This document shows, in pieces, positions 27,885 through 39,371 of a DNA stretch of 64,000 nt. Below the pieces are notes generated by a model that was not told the origin of the DNA, did not search any database, and saw only the letters and a program-made list of their open reading frames with translations. The stretch's first letter is position 1; every line of letters starts with the position of its first letter. This DNA is from Lingula anatina. Its lineage: Eukaryota; Animalia; Brachiopoda. The stretch spans positions 9,486,001 to 9,550,000 of the forward strand of contig CM120647.1 in assembly GCA_051362555.1 (NCBI GenBank), given 5' to 3'. Position numbers and translations under genes: made by a program.

Positions 27885-29822
27885 ATCATAATATCTCCGA
27901 ACTACAAAAACACTGTAGCATCCAAACATACCACACGCACGCCATTCGTTCCACGTATATCGACATTGCACTTTTACACACCAGTTTATTGACCTGTCTT
28001 TATTCCCAAGATTGTTAAATCTTCTTTGTGAAAAAAATTGAACTTCACTACATTTATCTTGTTCTGGCAAACAATTACACTTAACGTACGCATTTAGTAT
28101 ACTCTAGTAGCTCATTAAAGCTAAAATATTTATCTAATAATGTTGAATCAATATGGTGTATGTGTTTACGTTTCTCGTATTTCAGTTCTATGGTTGTGAA
28201 GCGATTATTAGAAGGCTACGAGAGAGTGACGCCTGGTAAGGGAATAGTGTTTATCTTCTTTCGTTACAACTGCTTATTGTAGAATATTGGACAACTCATT
28301 AATTATACAGCATGACTTTAATCGGGATTATCTATGTGTAATTTAATTATAATTTGCTTAATTCTTCTTAGTTTTGCCTACCCAGTTTACTTATTTTCAG
28401 AAAAACCTTCCATATAAAGTTCCCTGCCTTCTTTAATTTTATTACATATGGTTGTGTTGAAATTACAGTAGTGGTTCCAAGATTCTAATGGGGTGGGGAA
28501 GCATAGTATTTTTTATTTTTCTTTAAGAAAGATTGTAATAATGCCAGTTTTAGAAAGCTGACTAGTAAGTTTGACATCGGGACAGTGAACTATTACATTT
28601 TTCAATGTTTCTGGCTAAAAAGGTTGTGGTTATATTTAAAAAGGCTTATGATGCCATTATCTTTATATTTGGCAATCGGGACAGTTCATTGTGCTTCGGA
28701 CTAGCATTTAAATGGGGAATACACTCAAGAGCGATAGGTGGACTAAAGGTCTAAGACCTACAGTATTAATCCATGCAGAAATTAAAGACAGTTTTAAGTT
28801 ACTGTGATCGTGCACAATGAAAAGAAAAACTTAATTATCAAACAATGGCATCTCGTCCACATTTTCTATCCCAGTCCGCCCTGTTAAAGAGCCGTCCGGA
28901 ACAATTGTCAGTTTCCAGCTCATTAAAGCCGTTTATATCAATACAGACCAAAGCACGTTTGGTCAATTGGAAACTGATAAATCTCGCCAAGGTCCGACTG
29001 CTGGTCAAAGGAAATCTATAACCTGCAAAAACCAAAGTTCAGAAGTTCAGCAAAACATTAGTATGCGTGAAAAGTACACCAAACCCATTTGTTGAGGGAT
29101 GTGGTTAAACTGAATGCCTTGCTAAAACAGTGGAAGGACGGGCAAATTCATTATTCTAATTCGAAAGTGCACGGTTTCTCTTGTTAGTATGGTGGTCGAG
29201 GTCAACGGGGATCAAATTACAGAACTGCGCATGCGCTATTGATTTTATCAATCGCGTTATTAATTGAATAGACCGTGCGTGACCGAGGAAACGGGTCTAA
29301 AATAATGATTTTAATTCGATTTGTGTCCATCAAAAATTCAAGCTTAATCAAAACGTCCATTCGGTTCGTTATCCCTGAATTTTTAACGAGTCGAAGTGAA
29401 TGTACATGTACAATGCACATGCAGTCAACTCCTTGGACAAGCTGGCCGTTTCTTGTAAATAAAGGTCATGAGCTACGCAACACAAGGAATGACGTTGTAT
29501 TTTGATTAAACTGAGATATAAGTAGCAACACAGACGACATTGGTTTGCAGTGTTTTTCATCAGGTTTTTTGAAAGCAACATGTCATGCCTCATCGCGATG
29601 ACGTCACAAACATGTCATTTATGACGTGTAATCGATAATGCTAATATCATGCGTCGTCTGTGACATGTTTACTGTACGTAGCTCAACCAGTATAAATTTA
29701 GCATGAAAAAAAAAAGAAAATGTTTGCAAGACGTACTGAAATGGGAATGTGTTCTTGAAACATGGGACGCTGTTGCTAGAACATAATGAAACGGTTTGAA
29801 ATATGATAACACAGTGAAATAC

Positions 29823-29870
<48 letters not shown>

Positions 29871-32800
29871 TGTGAATAAATAAACACGTTGCGTTTATAG
29901 CCCGTATGTTTAGTCATGCATTTTATAGCACTTATTTTGTAAGGCTAAAAAGACTCTTTTTTCATAAGTTATGGTGATATTCCATAAAAAAAAACCTGTT
30001 CCACTTCATTTTGCATTTTAGCTGGTGCCACTGTCGTAGAACTGGGGGTGTACATCAATAGTTTTGACAACATCAATGAACAGGCAATGGTAAGTAATGA
30101 TATTCTTTTTTTCTTACATTTTGTCCATTTTTATTTAATCACCGTTATCAAAAAATAGGAATGGAATAACAAAATCTGAACGCCCACCCCAAATTTAATA
30201 ACACGATAAACAACTTAAGTTAGGAAAAATGAATATAAATTTGTAATAACAAATAAGCCATATGGTCACTTCGCTTAAACATGTGAAAGGATATGTATGC
30301 TTTTACCAAATTTATGCTTTTATACATGTACCAAAACTAAAAGGGTACTTGTCTATCTCGGTTTGTTAAGTAGACTCAAAGGCAAGCTGCTAAGAAGAGC
30401 AGTGCCAGAGCGTACCGTATCAAATAAGTCATCTAGTCACTTCACTTAAACCTGCGAAAGAATATATGCTCTTACAGAAGTTATGCTTTTCTACATGTAC
30501 CAAAGATAAAGGGTTTGTTGAGTAGACTCTAAGGCACAAAGCCAAAAGGAGCCGTGCCAGAACCCTTCAATTTGAACACAGCCTAGATTGGACAACGTCC
30601 AAATTGGCCAAATTGCATCAAGACCCCTTTCGGCAAGTCGATAAATCTAGAACAATCTGCGCCCAAATAAATTTGGCTTGTCTTAATTGGTGTCAGTCGA
30701 CATGCTTGTGACAACTTTGCGTCAACTTGGTTTAGTCTTACTATAACCCTACATGTTGGCTTATTGCAAGTTGCTACTTTTTTTCAAATATGTCCTTATT
30801 TTTTTGCATTTAATTAATAGGTTGATTAAGTCCCTACTTAACTAATAGCAAAACGAATAAAAGAAAGAAATGAATTAACTAACAGAGCAAAGGATAATAT
30901 TCCGTATTCATCTAAAACGATTTGTATTTGCAAAATCAAGAGATAAGGATCAGACAGTAATCTATTTTCAGTAGCTGTTAAAAGTACTCTCAAAAGTAGA
31001 ATTTCTTCACTTTCATAAATGTTACAAATGATTTACGTGCCGCCACATCCATTTCACTATCAGTTGTCAAGCACCGTTATCTGAGAAAACTTCTTAACTT
31101 GATTTTAGAAATTCGAAGTAAAACATCTGCCTACGCCACCCCCACCGCGTCCTGGCCAAAAATATAATTTCGGTCTCGCAGAAACCTTGGCATTGTACTC
31201 AAATACCTGATATGTACATGTGCATTGCCTTAATTGTGGTACATGTTATCTCAATACCAGTTTGTGTCTTTAGATTAATGGAACCATTTCTTTGGAAAGC
31301 ATAGCGGGAATAGTTCAGGCATTTGGCAGAATGTATAATGGCGATATATAGTAAATGACAAGGACACCTGCAACTACCACATAAAGTGTCTTATAAGGCC
31401 AAAGGGCTGGGTTTTTGTATATAGGCCTACATTGTATACCGCTACTCAGTAATTTAACATATAACAAGTAAGTCCCTATATTATCCCCTATATATAGGCC
31501 TACGTAAAATGCATACATGACTTTAAGAATATAGCATGCGTATTACTTTAATGTTACAGTAGACCTACCTGAATATGAAAATTACTTTTATATGAATAGG
31601 CCTTTTGCACTTAATATAATTCAATAATAAGAGAGGGGAAAGAGAGAAGTCCATTGCAACTTATACACCACATGCATTTGGTGGCAACATTATAAATAAA
31701 ACCATAGGCCTAATATAATTTAAAAAATTAATACAAAATATTGTAGTACCAATTTTTAAAAAATATATCAGTGCAAATAACTGACTATAATTATATTTTA
31801 ACGAACGCATAATCCTTTATATGAACGTAGGCCTACCTTTTATACAAAACGGATTTCCGAGATGTTGATAGGCCTATAACATTTAAGCCTGTGTTGGTAT
31901 TGCCCTTATATAAACAGTACAGCTATATGAATATTACACTCAACAGATTTCCTTAATATTTATAATATAGGACTACCAGGTAAATATCTACCTACGGCAG
32001 CAATGGCATGACAGGAGGCTGAAATTTGACTACTCGGGCGATCCCCTCAGCCCCGACATGATCAAACTGGAAGACGGAATGTGGAACAAGATTTGGGTCC
32101 CGGATGTCTTCTTCCGGAACGAGAAGAGGGCGGATTTTCACAGCGTGACGGTGCCACAGAGGCTGCTGAGGCTATATTCTGACGGGAGGCTGTGGTATGT
32201 TTCAAAGTAAGTCATTCTTACCTCCACCAACGAAAGAGGTTGTATTGACATTTGTACCTCCACCAACGTAAGAGGTCATGTTGACATCAGAGTTTGTTTG
32301 TCTGTGTAGTTCTTCACAAATATTGATATTGATATTGATCAGGATATGTAGGGCCTAGCTGTTTTCGGGTGACATAATTTATTCAGTTGTGCCATGACGG
32401 AGGCCCTTTCTCTTGCAGTACTCTCTAGTTCTATATCTCTTGATATTTCATTTACATTAAGATGACAAACGTTCACTATTGAATTATTTCAATGTGGAGA
32501 TTAAATGTTACATATAGTTTTATTAGCGATTACTTAATAGATAGTTGATTATAAAGGATTATAAACCTATTTTAGGACGGCATTTAAATATGAAATAGCA
32601 TGGATGTGAAACAAACAGCGAATAATTATGAATGATTGTAAAAGTGCTCAATGTAATTTTTCATAATAATACAGAAATCGTTTTCCATAAAAGTGTGATG
32701 TTCAACGGTTTCGAAAATGATTCCGCTATCCCTGAAATTATATTTTCTCCTTTCTTTATTATTTCTTTTTTTTTCAGAATAACTGCAAAGCTTTCGTGTC

Positions 32801-34718
32801 CTATGAAATTGAAGAAGTACCCTCTGGATACGCAGAAATGTCCATTTATATTTGAAAGCTGTAAGTCGCCCGTGTAGCTATACAGTACATTCTGATATCC
32901 ATATGTCCAGATATAAAAAATTAATTGTATATTTCTCTTTAAAATGCTATATAGATGTACATGCATGCTTTATTTTCATTTATATCGCAGTTAATATATG
33001 TATGTCTCTTAATGAATTTTGTTTTAAAAATGAAATCTTGCTCTGCCAAGATCCTGGACTTCTACACACATTTGGCTCTATATTATTACAAACGTTTTCT
33101 AAAATTCATCAAATGATTCAAGTTATTGATAAACCTTTTATTCGGCTACACCAACAAGAGCGAAATTTACAAAGCGAATTTTTCAAATCTTCGCCTGTTT
33201 TCAGTTGACCTTATCTTGGTGAGAGAGTTGTGTACAAACGTCTGGCAAAGTAAAAAAAATGATTCAATTAATTGACTAACTATTAAGAAAGACGATTACT
33301 AAAAGAGTGTTCTTTGCAAAAAACTAGCAAAATACATAAAAAACTTAAACTTTCAATTGCTTATTTTCAGTTGGCCATACGCTGGAAAGAGTTGTGTACA
33401 AATGGCTGCCAAACTCGGTAGAAAAAGAACCTTTTGAGATGCCGCAGTATCAGCTCATAGGCTGGACGCAAAGAGACTGTTCACAGAACTACACCGCAGG
33501 TAAATGTGGTTCTACTTTACTTAGGTGCACCTATCTTTGTCTAATGATTGTTAGTTCTTGTTGGGGAACACGTTTATTATACAGTAGTAAACCTAAATCT
33601 AGAATGATGTCCACACTCCTTCTAAATTCCAGTTATCATATGTGACTACAGTGATTTTTTTTTTACTTTAGGTGCATTTCCTTGTCTTCAAATTGACTTC
33701 CTCTTGAAAAGAGACATCGGTTTCTACATGATCCAGGTCTACATTCCCAGCATTCTCATCGTCATCCTGTCTTGGGTCTCGTTTTGGATTGACATTGACG
33801 CAGTTCCGGCGCGCGTGCCTCTCGGACTCCTTACGGTCCTCACCATGACAACGCAAAGCGCCGGCGCGAACTCTCACCTTCCAAGAGTCTCGTACATCAA
33901 GGCCATAGACGTTTGGATGTGTATGTGCTTGCTTTTTGTATTTGCGTCGCTACTGGAATTTGCATTAGTGAACGTTTATTCGAGGAAAGAATTCAATATT
34001 TGGAGGAGAACAAATAGTATGATGCCTGTGCAAAATGGCCGAAAGCATCATCATCACCATCATCACCGACACGGGAGCGATGGTGCCGAAGAAGAAATTC
34101 CTTTAAAAAAGGTATATATTTTAGTTTGTACGTATGGCACCAAATGTGAAAATTAACAACCTTACTCGTTGGTATATTTTTATCATTGCATATTTCTGGT
34201 TTCTGTTCATATTTGCACAAAATAAAGCAATTGCCACTGCATATGATATTATATTTTTTTAGAAATATGCTCATTGCAGTGGTTGTGTATATGTCCATAG
34301 TGAACAGGGTACGAGCGAGCGTGCGTGAGTGTTTGAGCGCGTGTCACGTGCATGTGTCCATGGGTATAATAATTCTGTACAAAATCAACAAACAGCGTTA
34401 TTTCGAAATGATTCAGTTTATATGCATTTCCGTCCAATTGTAATTGAATCAGAAGTTGATTTTAATAATAGATTTCATATATATACTGACCATAAATTGC
34501 AATCATTTCAGGTCGTGACAACTCCGTCAGGTATCTCACTCCATATGAATGGAAAATCAGACTATGCAAGTCTTAGGGAGGACGAAAAACGTTTTCTTAT
34601 TGAACACAAACAGAAAGCTAGACATATAGACAAAATATCACGAAAAATATTCCCAGTTTCATTCATCCTTTTCAATGTCGTTTACTGGGTAACGTACTTT
34701 ATGTTGCCGGACGACTGA
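18978..34718 (+). CDS. Gene A: Cys-loop ligand-gated chloride channel subunit (glycine receptor alpha-like / lophotrochozoan GluCl-like), 8 coding exons, ~434 aa
   Basis: Join 18978-19069, 28186-28235, 30022-30089, 31971-32206, 32778-32860, 33371-33499, 33672-34111, 34512-34718. All introns are GT-AG with compatible phases; total 1305 nt. Motifs: signal peptide, YLRQQW (loop D), [11 protein letters not shown] (loop A), Cys loop [15 protein letters not shown], loop [13 protein letters not shown], anion-selective PAR motif, four TM helices. Confidence 0.93.
21998..22109. repeat. ~52-bp tandem duplication
   Basis: ccccaacagtaaacggctcagcccccgcgcagtgaccattacacaacccc present twice. Confidence 0.9.
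22163..22376 (+). mobile_element. MITE family A copy 3
   Basis: TTA TSD; near-identical to 3414-3627. Confidence 0.85.
23278..23565. repeat. 143-bp tandem duplication
   Basis: agcttttatgttaaaa...tctgattatacccctttgttgtg starts at 23278 and again at 23421. Confidence 0.9.
27678..27884. repeat. Compound (GA)n microsatellite with three embedded tggggaacagagagagcgttca-like units
   Basis: Directly visible. Confidence 0.9.
28186..28235 (+). CDS. Gene A coding exon 2 (N-terminal helix)
   Basis: tttcag|...|gtaagg; [16 protein letters not shown]; same position and phases (2/1) as gene B exon 45030-44966. Confidence 0.8.
29827..29867. repeat. (CA)n microsatellite
   Basis: Directly visible. Confidence 0.95.
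30022..30089 (+). CDS. Gene A coding exon 3
   Basis: 68-nt exon [23 protein letters not shown]; ttttag / gtaagt; same length as the gene B counterpart. Confidence 0.92.
30264..30563. repeat. Diverged ~170-bp tandem duplication in a gene A intron
   Basis: gtcacttc.cttaaac...ttatgctttt.tacatgtaccaaa...agtagactc.aaggca...gtgccaga present twice. Confidence 0.8.
31971..32206 (+). CDS. Gene A coding exon 4 (loops D, A, E)
   Basis: [17 protein letters not shown]...[38 protein letters not shown]; canonical splice sites. Confidence 0.95.
32218..32430 (+). mobile_element. Helentron/DINE-1-like non-autonomous element
   Basis: 5' tacctccaccaacg.aagaggt hairpin (duplicated), gtttgtttgtctgt microsatellite remnant, 3' subterminal cggagg, stem-loop and ctagtt end. 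Confidence 0.5.
32778..32860 (+). CDS. Gene A coding exon 5 (Cys loop)
   Basis: 83-nt exon [27 protein letters not shown]; poly-T acceptor, gtaagt donor. Confidence 0.95.
33371..33499 (+). CDS. Gene A coding exon 6 (loops B, F, C)
   Basis: [44 protein letters not shown]; ttttcag / gtaaat. Confidence 0.94.
33672..34111 (+). CDS. Gene A coding exon 7 (M1-M3 and start of intracellular loop)
   Basis: [39 protein letters not shown]...[17 protein letters not shown]...YIKAIDVW...LLEFALVN...IPLKK|gtatat. Confidence 0.95.
34512..34718 (+). CDS. Gene A coding exon 8 (M4, stop)
   Basis: tttcag|VVTTPSG...[33 protein letters not shown]. Confidence 0.93.
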   Translation, partial: VVTTPSGISLHMNGKSDYASLREDEKRFLIEHKQKARHIDKISRKIFPVSFILFNVVYWVTYFMLPDD

Positions 34719-35044
34719 CACGTGGCCCGCGTAGAAGAGGGCGCTGTGATATGATATCGAAACCGAGGTCAAATAGGCACCATTTCCATTACGTCATTCG
34801 CTCATCACGTTCTCCAATCTCATCAAAAAGTATCGGCTTAGATGAAGGCTTGCTTGATCATTTGTCCGCTTCGCCATACCGAGGTTAACAGATGCATGGA
34901 AAAGGACGTAAAACAAGTTAGAAAATGCACTGAGTATAATTGGAAGGAATTATGAAAGTAAACGGCCTTTTTTCAAGGCCGAAATATCATCGCTGGCTGG
35001 GCAGAGTGTAAACTCAGGCGTATGCTTAAAATGTCACATGTAGA

Positions 35045-35648
35045 CACCCTGAGCTTCAGAGCTAACTTGACATTAACCTTTTCACTGTAGCCTATCTCCA
35101 TCGTGTCAAGTAACCTCTGACGAAAATAGTTTGACCTATTTTATATAAGCCAATCGAATCCATGTTTCAAAATTTTTCACCAAAGTTTGGTGAAAACGCT
35201 GATTGGTTGATCGTCAATCGGCAATCCTCGGCTGATTCCGCAAGCTCCATACTAACAACATAGTTATTGTCGAGTGCGGAGACATCCGAGTAGTTCCGAG
35301 TGCATAACCGTACACAAAGAAAGCATGGAGTATATCGGAATTGAAACCAGAGCAGTATGATGCCCTGCATCATTAGCTACTGAGGGATGATGTATTTTGC
35401 GTGCTGCCCACAGGTTACGGCAAGTCCCTGATATTCAGCCTTATCTTTGATTGGTCCGGATTTGAACAAAGCGCGCTTTGACTCGTTCGCGTTCATTGGC
35501 TAGATCGTTCAATGAGTCATTGAGTGCGGGCTTTAAATTTGATTGGCGGGCGGCGGGGGCTATCGAATCTGGTCAGAGGTTACTTGACACGATGGAGATA
35601 AGCTACAGTGAAAAGGTTAGTGTCAAGTTAGCTCTGAAGCTCAGGGTG
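35045..35648 (+). mobile_element. Non-autonomous TIR transposon with a RecQ-helicase fragment (AcademH-like)
   Basis: ~77-bp TIRs (35045-35121 and 35572-35648); 8-bp flanking duplication catgtaga; internal frame ELKPEQYDALHH*LLRDDVFCVLPTGYGKSLIF. Confidence 0.8.
35335..35436 (+). pseudogene. RecQ-family helicase Q-motif plus Walker A fragment with an in-frame stop
   Basis: LKPEQ...DVFCVLPTGYGKSLIF resembles RecQ motif 0 and motif I (PTGxGKS). Confidence 0.75.
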
Positions 35649-36123
35649 CATGTAGAACAAAACCCGACAAAAGCTTTAAACGATATGTTTACAAGTTATC
35701 CTTGTGTCAGAACCGATAACAACTGCGGCGCCGTTAAGCTTTGGAGCTACTCGAAAGTGGGGTATATTTCGCATAATATGTTTTGTAACTGAATAAGTAA
35801 GTGGGGTATTTTTGAGTGATCAGTTCAGATCTCGCACGCCTTTTGTGGAGTGGTAATTAAGAAAGGGTACGTAAGAACATATGTAAACTAGTTTTTTTTA
35901 TACAAAGTTGGCACAAATATATTTAATTCGATTAAACTGTTTTCAAAACACAAGCAAAAATGGTTTCTCTGACTCTACTCGTGTTTCAACTAATGTCTTA
36001 ATTGCCAAGACGTTTCGTCTTTTCATCCTTCAGACTCAGAATCTTTATGGTAAATAAATCTGTCTCAGCTACACTTCAAACAAGTTCTTTTCCCTGGTAA
36101 ATAAGCCAATCATGATCAACAAA

Positions 36124-36375
36124 GGGCTCATTCCCATTGAAATTATCGGTCTACGTAGATCGATCCAACTCCTTAAGGATCCTTGCTGCATGCAATCAGT
36201 GAACAATTTAAAGAGTCCCCTCTGCCTCCAACGTAACCACCAACTTTCCTGTCTTCTTCCCAAATCAAGGAGAAGTCGTATTAATGTGTTCAACTGATTG
36301 CAATAAGCGAGAGTACCCGTGGGGTTGACTCGATCTTCGTAAGCCGAGAATTTCAATTGAAATTACATGAAGCCC
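36124..36375. mobile_element. MITE family C copy (diverged)
   Basis: cggtctacgtagatcgatccaact and ctgattgca...gcgagagt shared with 62753-63008; termini gggct...agccc. Confidence 0.6.
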
Positions 36376-37138
36376 TAAGACGCTGAAAGTGCAATTACTC
36401 GTGAATAAATAAACGGCGGGTAGCTTCCTTGGGTGGCTGGCTGTAATCCAATACGGCAATAAAGTCGCAGATGTTGCGATGCAACAGTAATCGAGAAAAG
36501 AAAATGAGCTTTGATTGAAAACCCTGCTGCTGTTTCTGCTGTTTCTGCCTAATGTCTCACTAAATTGCCCGTGGTTGATTAGGCCACGGTCTGGTAGCTC
36601 TAACAATTTCAACTTTCGAGACATTTTGATCAAGCCTCTAATTGTAAATTGTAAGTCGTAAATATCTGACGAGCATTGTTATTGATTTTTATTATTATTT
36701 GGCATCCAAAAAGTGGCCTAAAGTACGCGGTTACCCGGAACATTCAAACCTTTAAAGACAATACCGTACTACAGTATCTATCAAGTAGTGGTAGTTCACT
36801 ATTTCAGACTATTTTAAAAATAAACTTAAAGATATGTAACATTATATAAGTTATAGTCAAACATAATCGGCCTGTCTTCCCCACTCCCCCTGTCGTAAAA
36901 AAATGTTAATATGGCAAAAGTTTGCGCATCGCCGTTCGCTTAATTAGACTGGACAATCGACTTTAATATCATGCATAATAATTGACAACAATAATCGGCC
37001 CGTGCGTGGTGAACGGCCTTTCCCATGAAAACTGTTGCAAAACTAGATCCAGTTTGTAAAAGTACGCCATTAACCCTTGCTCAGCGTAGTACATACAACA
37101 TACTGACCGGTACCATCCGGCGTTCAAGACGCATCTTA

Positions 37139-37361
37139 TACCCCCTTTACACTGGACGGCGTCCTTTCTGCGTCCTTTCTGCGACCATGATATTTGGCAT
37201 CAATGTGGTCTAAATAAGGAGACACGAGCATTGATTCTGTATCAGAATGAATGCTCAATGATCGGCCAGTTGTCGGCACGTAAAGTATTATAATTTTTTA
37301 ACTCTCAAATGGGGCCGTACTGCTGGACGCAGAAAGGACGCCGTCCAGTGTAAAGGGGCCC
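37139..37361. mobile_element. MITE with 34-bp perfect inverted repeats (Harbinger-like)
   Basis: cccctttacactggacggcgtcctttctgcgtcc (37142-37175) and its reverse complement (37325-37358); TTA on both flanks. Confidence 0.8.
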
Positions 37362-39109
37362 TTACTCGTTGAAGACCCTGTCATATCCGATAGCAATAGT
37401 AGTCCCCCACGCGATGGAAGACGAGCCATTAGCGACGGGACAATTATTCAAAATCTGTCAAAATATTATCGACATTCACACCAACTGCCAAAGCATGTGA
37501 CATCAACGAGACGAGAAATATTAACGTATTTCTTCAGGGAATGCAAGGCGTTTTCTGGGAATCGCAACTTATATTTATGTATAGTTTAGTGCAATTACTA
37601 AAACACGTAATGTATCTTGGACGTGACAGAAGTAAAATTAATTTTATAATAATATTTATCCCCGTGCCTCATTGAAATAATATTTGCTTTGACATCATTT
37701 GTACCATTTTGCCAAGCTATTACTCAATTTCCGTTCCTTTAGCCCATAAAGTATCACGAAAACTTCATTTGTGAAAGAATGATAAAAACGTGACGACAGT
37801 AAAGGCTACCTTATTTGATCAGAAATGTGTACATCCTATTGTTTGGGTTTAAAACCTAAATCAGATTAGCTTACACTGTCATATGTTATATATTTGCAAT
37901 GTAATTATGCACTTTAAAAAGACTGGCAAGTTGGACGCTTTGAACTTAGAGAACTTATCAAATCGCTTAAGTACAGTCACCTCGGTGAGTCGATATGAAT
38001 TAGGAATAATATTTCCAAATTCCTAATTTATCAACAAATAACGCAGATTGACGTTGACAATATCTACAAATGTCTGTCAACAAACTAGGCATGTGCATTA
38101 TAATGACGTCACCAAAACCCAGAGTGGGGTTGGAAAAAAGGTCGTCAGAATCCCTTGGGGCATATATTCACGAGATATCAAATAACGAAAGAGACAGGTT
38201 AACACGCTTAACATAAAGAAGGTAGTACAGAAAACTGAAGAAACCGAGGGAAATACATGTAGATGTCTGCATTAGCGTAGCAGCATGCGCTGAGACAATC
38301 TAGGGGCGAATGATGATTACACGCGCAAGTCCTATTTGAGTAAAAGTACCCTGGCATTTTGTAAAGTGTGAAGAAATGCCCAGGGAGGCTTTATTCACTA
38401 TTCACACGGAAGAGGTGGTTAAAAACAGTTCAGATCTTAACAGTCACTCTCTTTTCGCTTGCAAATCAATCTTTAATCCATCCACAAGTAATCTTGGAAT
38501 TATTTAGCTCATTGCTTTATCGCTCATCCCCCATTAGAGCTCATTTTTTTTGCTTTAACGTACTATCTCAATTTTTCACCACATCAAAGTACATTTGAAT
38601 CAGACGTTGACAGCCATTTATCTTTTTTAACCCTCAGTGTACAGTAAGAGACGCGTATGCAAAGCGCGCGTGCATATATGTACGGAGAATAAATGGTCTA
38701 TGAAGTTCTTTATGTCATTTGCTTCATTGCAGCATCATTAGTTACTGATAATTGTTTGGGTTAGGATTTAGAGGGTATAATGATTACAGTATAATACAAT
38801 TGCACACTGGAAATCAAATAAAGCAATTGCAAACTGGCAAAAGTTGCAGTTTGATTCTCAGCGTGTACGTCTCTAACACAATATTGAACTGACTGCGAAC
38901 ATCTCATAATAGCAACTCACGCCTATCGCAAGCATCTCTACTGGTACATGTAAAACATCGTCAAGTCCAAAGACGTGGTTTTAAATGGGCCACTCCAAAA
39001 CATTTCCCTTTTTCTTCCGGTAAATTGTTGGACACTTGTGCTTTACTAGTTTTAACATATATTTTTAGTACCGACAAGATGTCCCTTCCATTAGGTTTTT
39101 TTAAACATA

Positions 39110-39371
39110 GACTAGGTTCCCATGCCTAGATTGATCTAACAGGAACAATCCATCTCCAAGGGGTTTCTCTCTAAATTGCTTTCGGCTTAACCGGCTTAGA
39201 TGTCTGGCACGCCCACTGGGGCTGCTAGGGGGTAGTCAATTATCATTTAGCAGCTTAAGCAGGCGTGCCAGATATCTAAGCCGGTTAAGCCGAAAGCAAT
39301 TTAGCAAGGAACCCCTTAGAGATGGACCGATGCTGTTAGTTCGATGTACAAGTAGGCATGGGAAACCGGTC
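39110..39371. mobile_element. Fold-back MITE (long palindrome)
   Basis: Arms pair over ~100 bp; core 39171-39213 vs 39262-39304 has one mismatch; 3-bp ATA on both flanks. Confidence 0.8.

Noticed and set aside
27620-28070. 132-aa and 134-aa ORFs rich in ER/SL
   Set aside because: They are translations of the (GA)n microsatellite.
33475-33499. Gene conversion between paralogs at loop C
   Set aside because: Third codon positions differ between A and B, which fits purifying selection rather than conversion.
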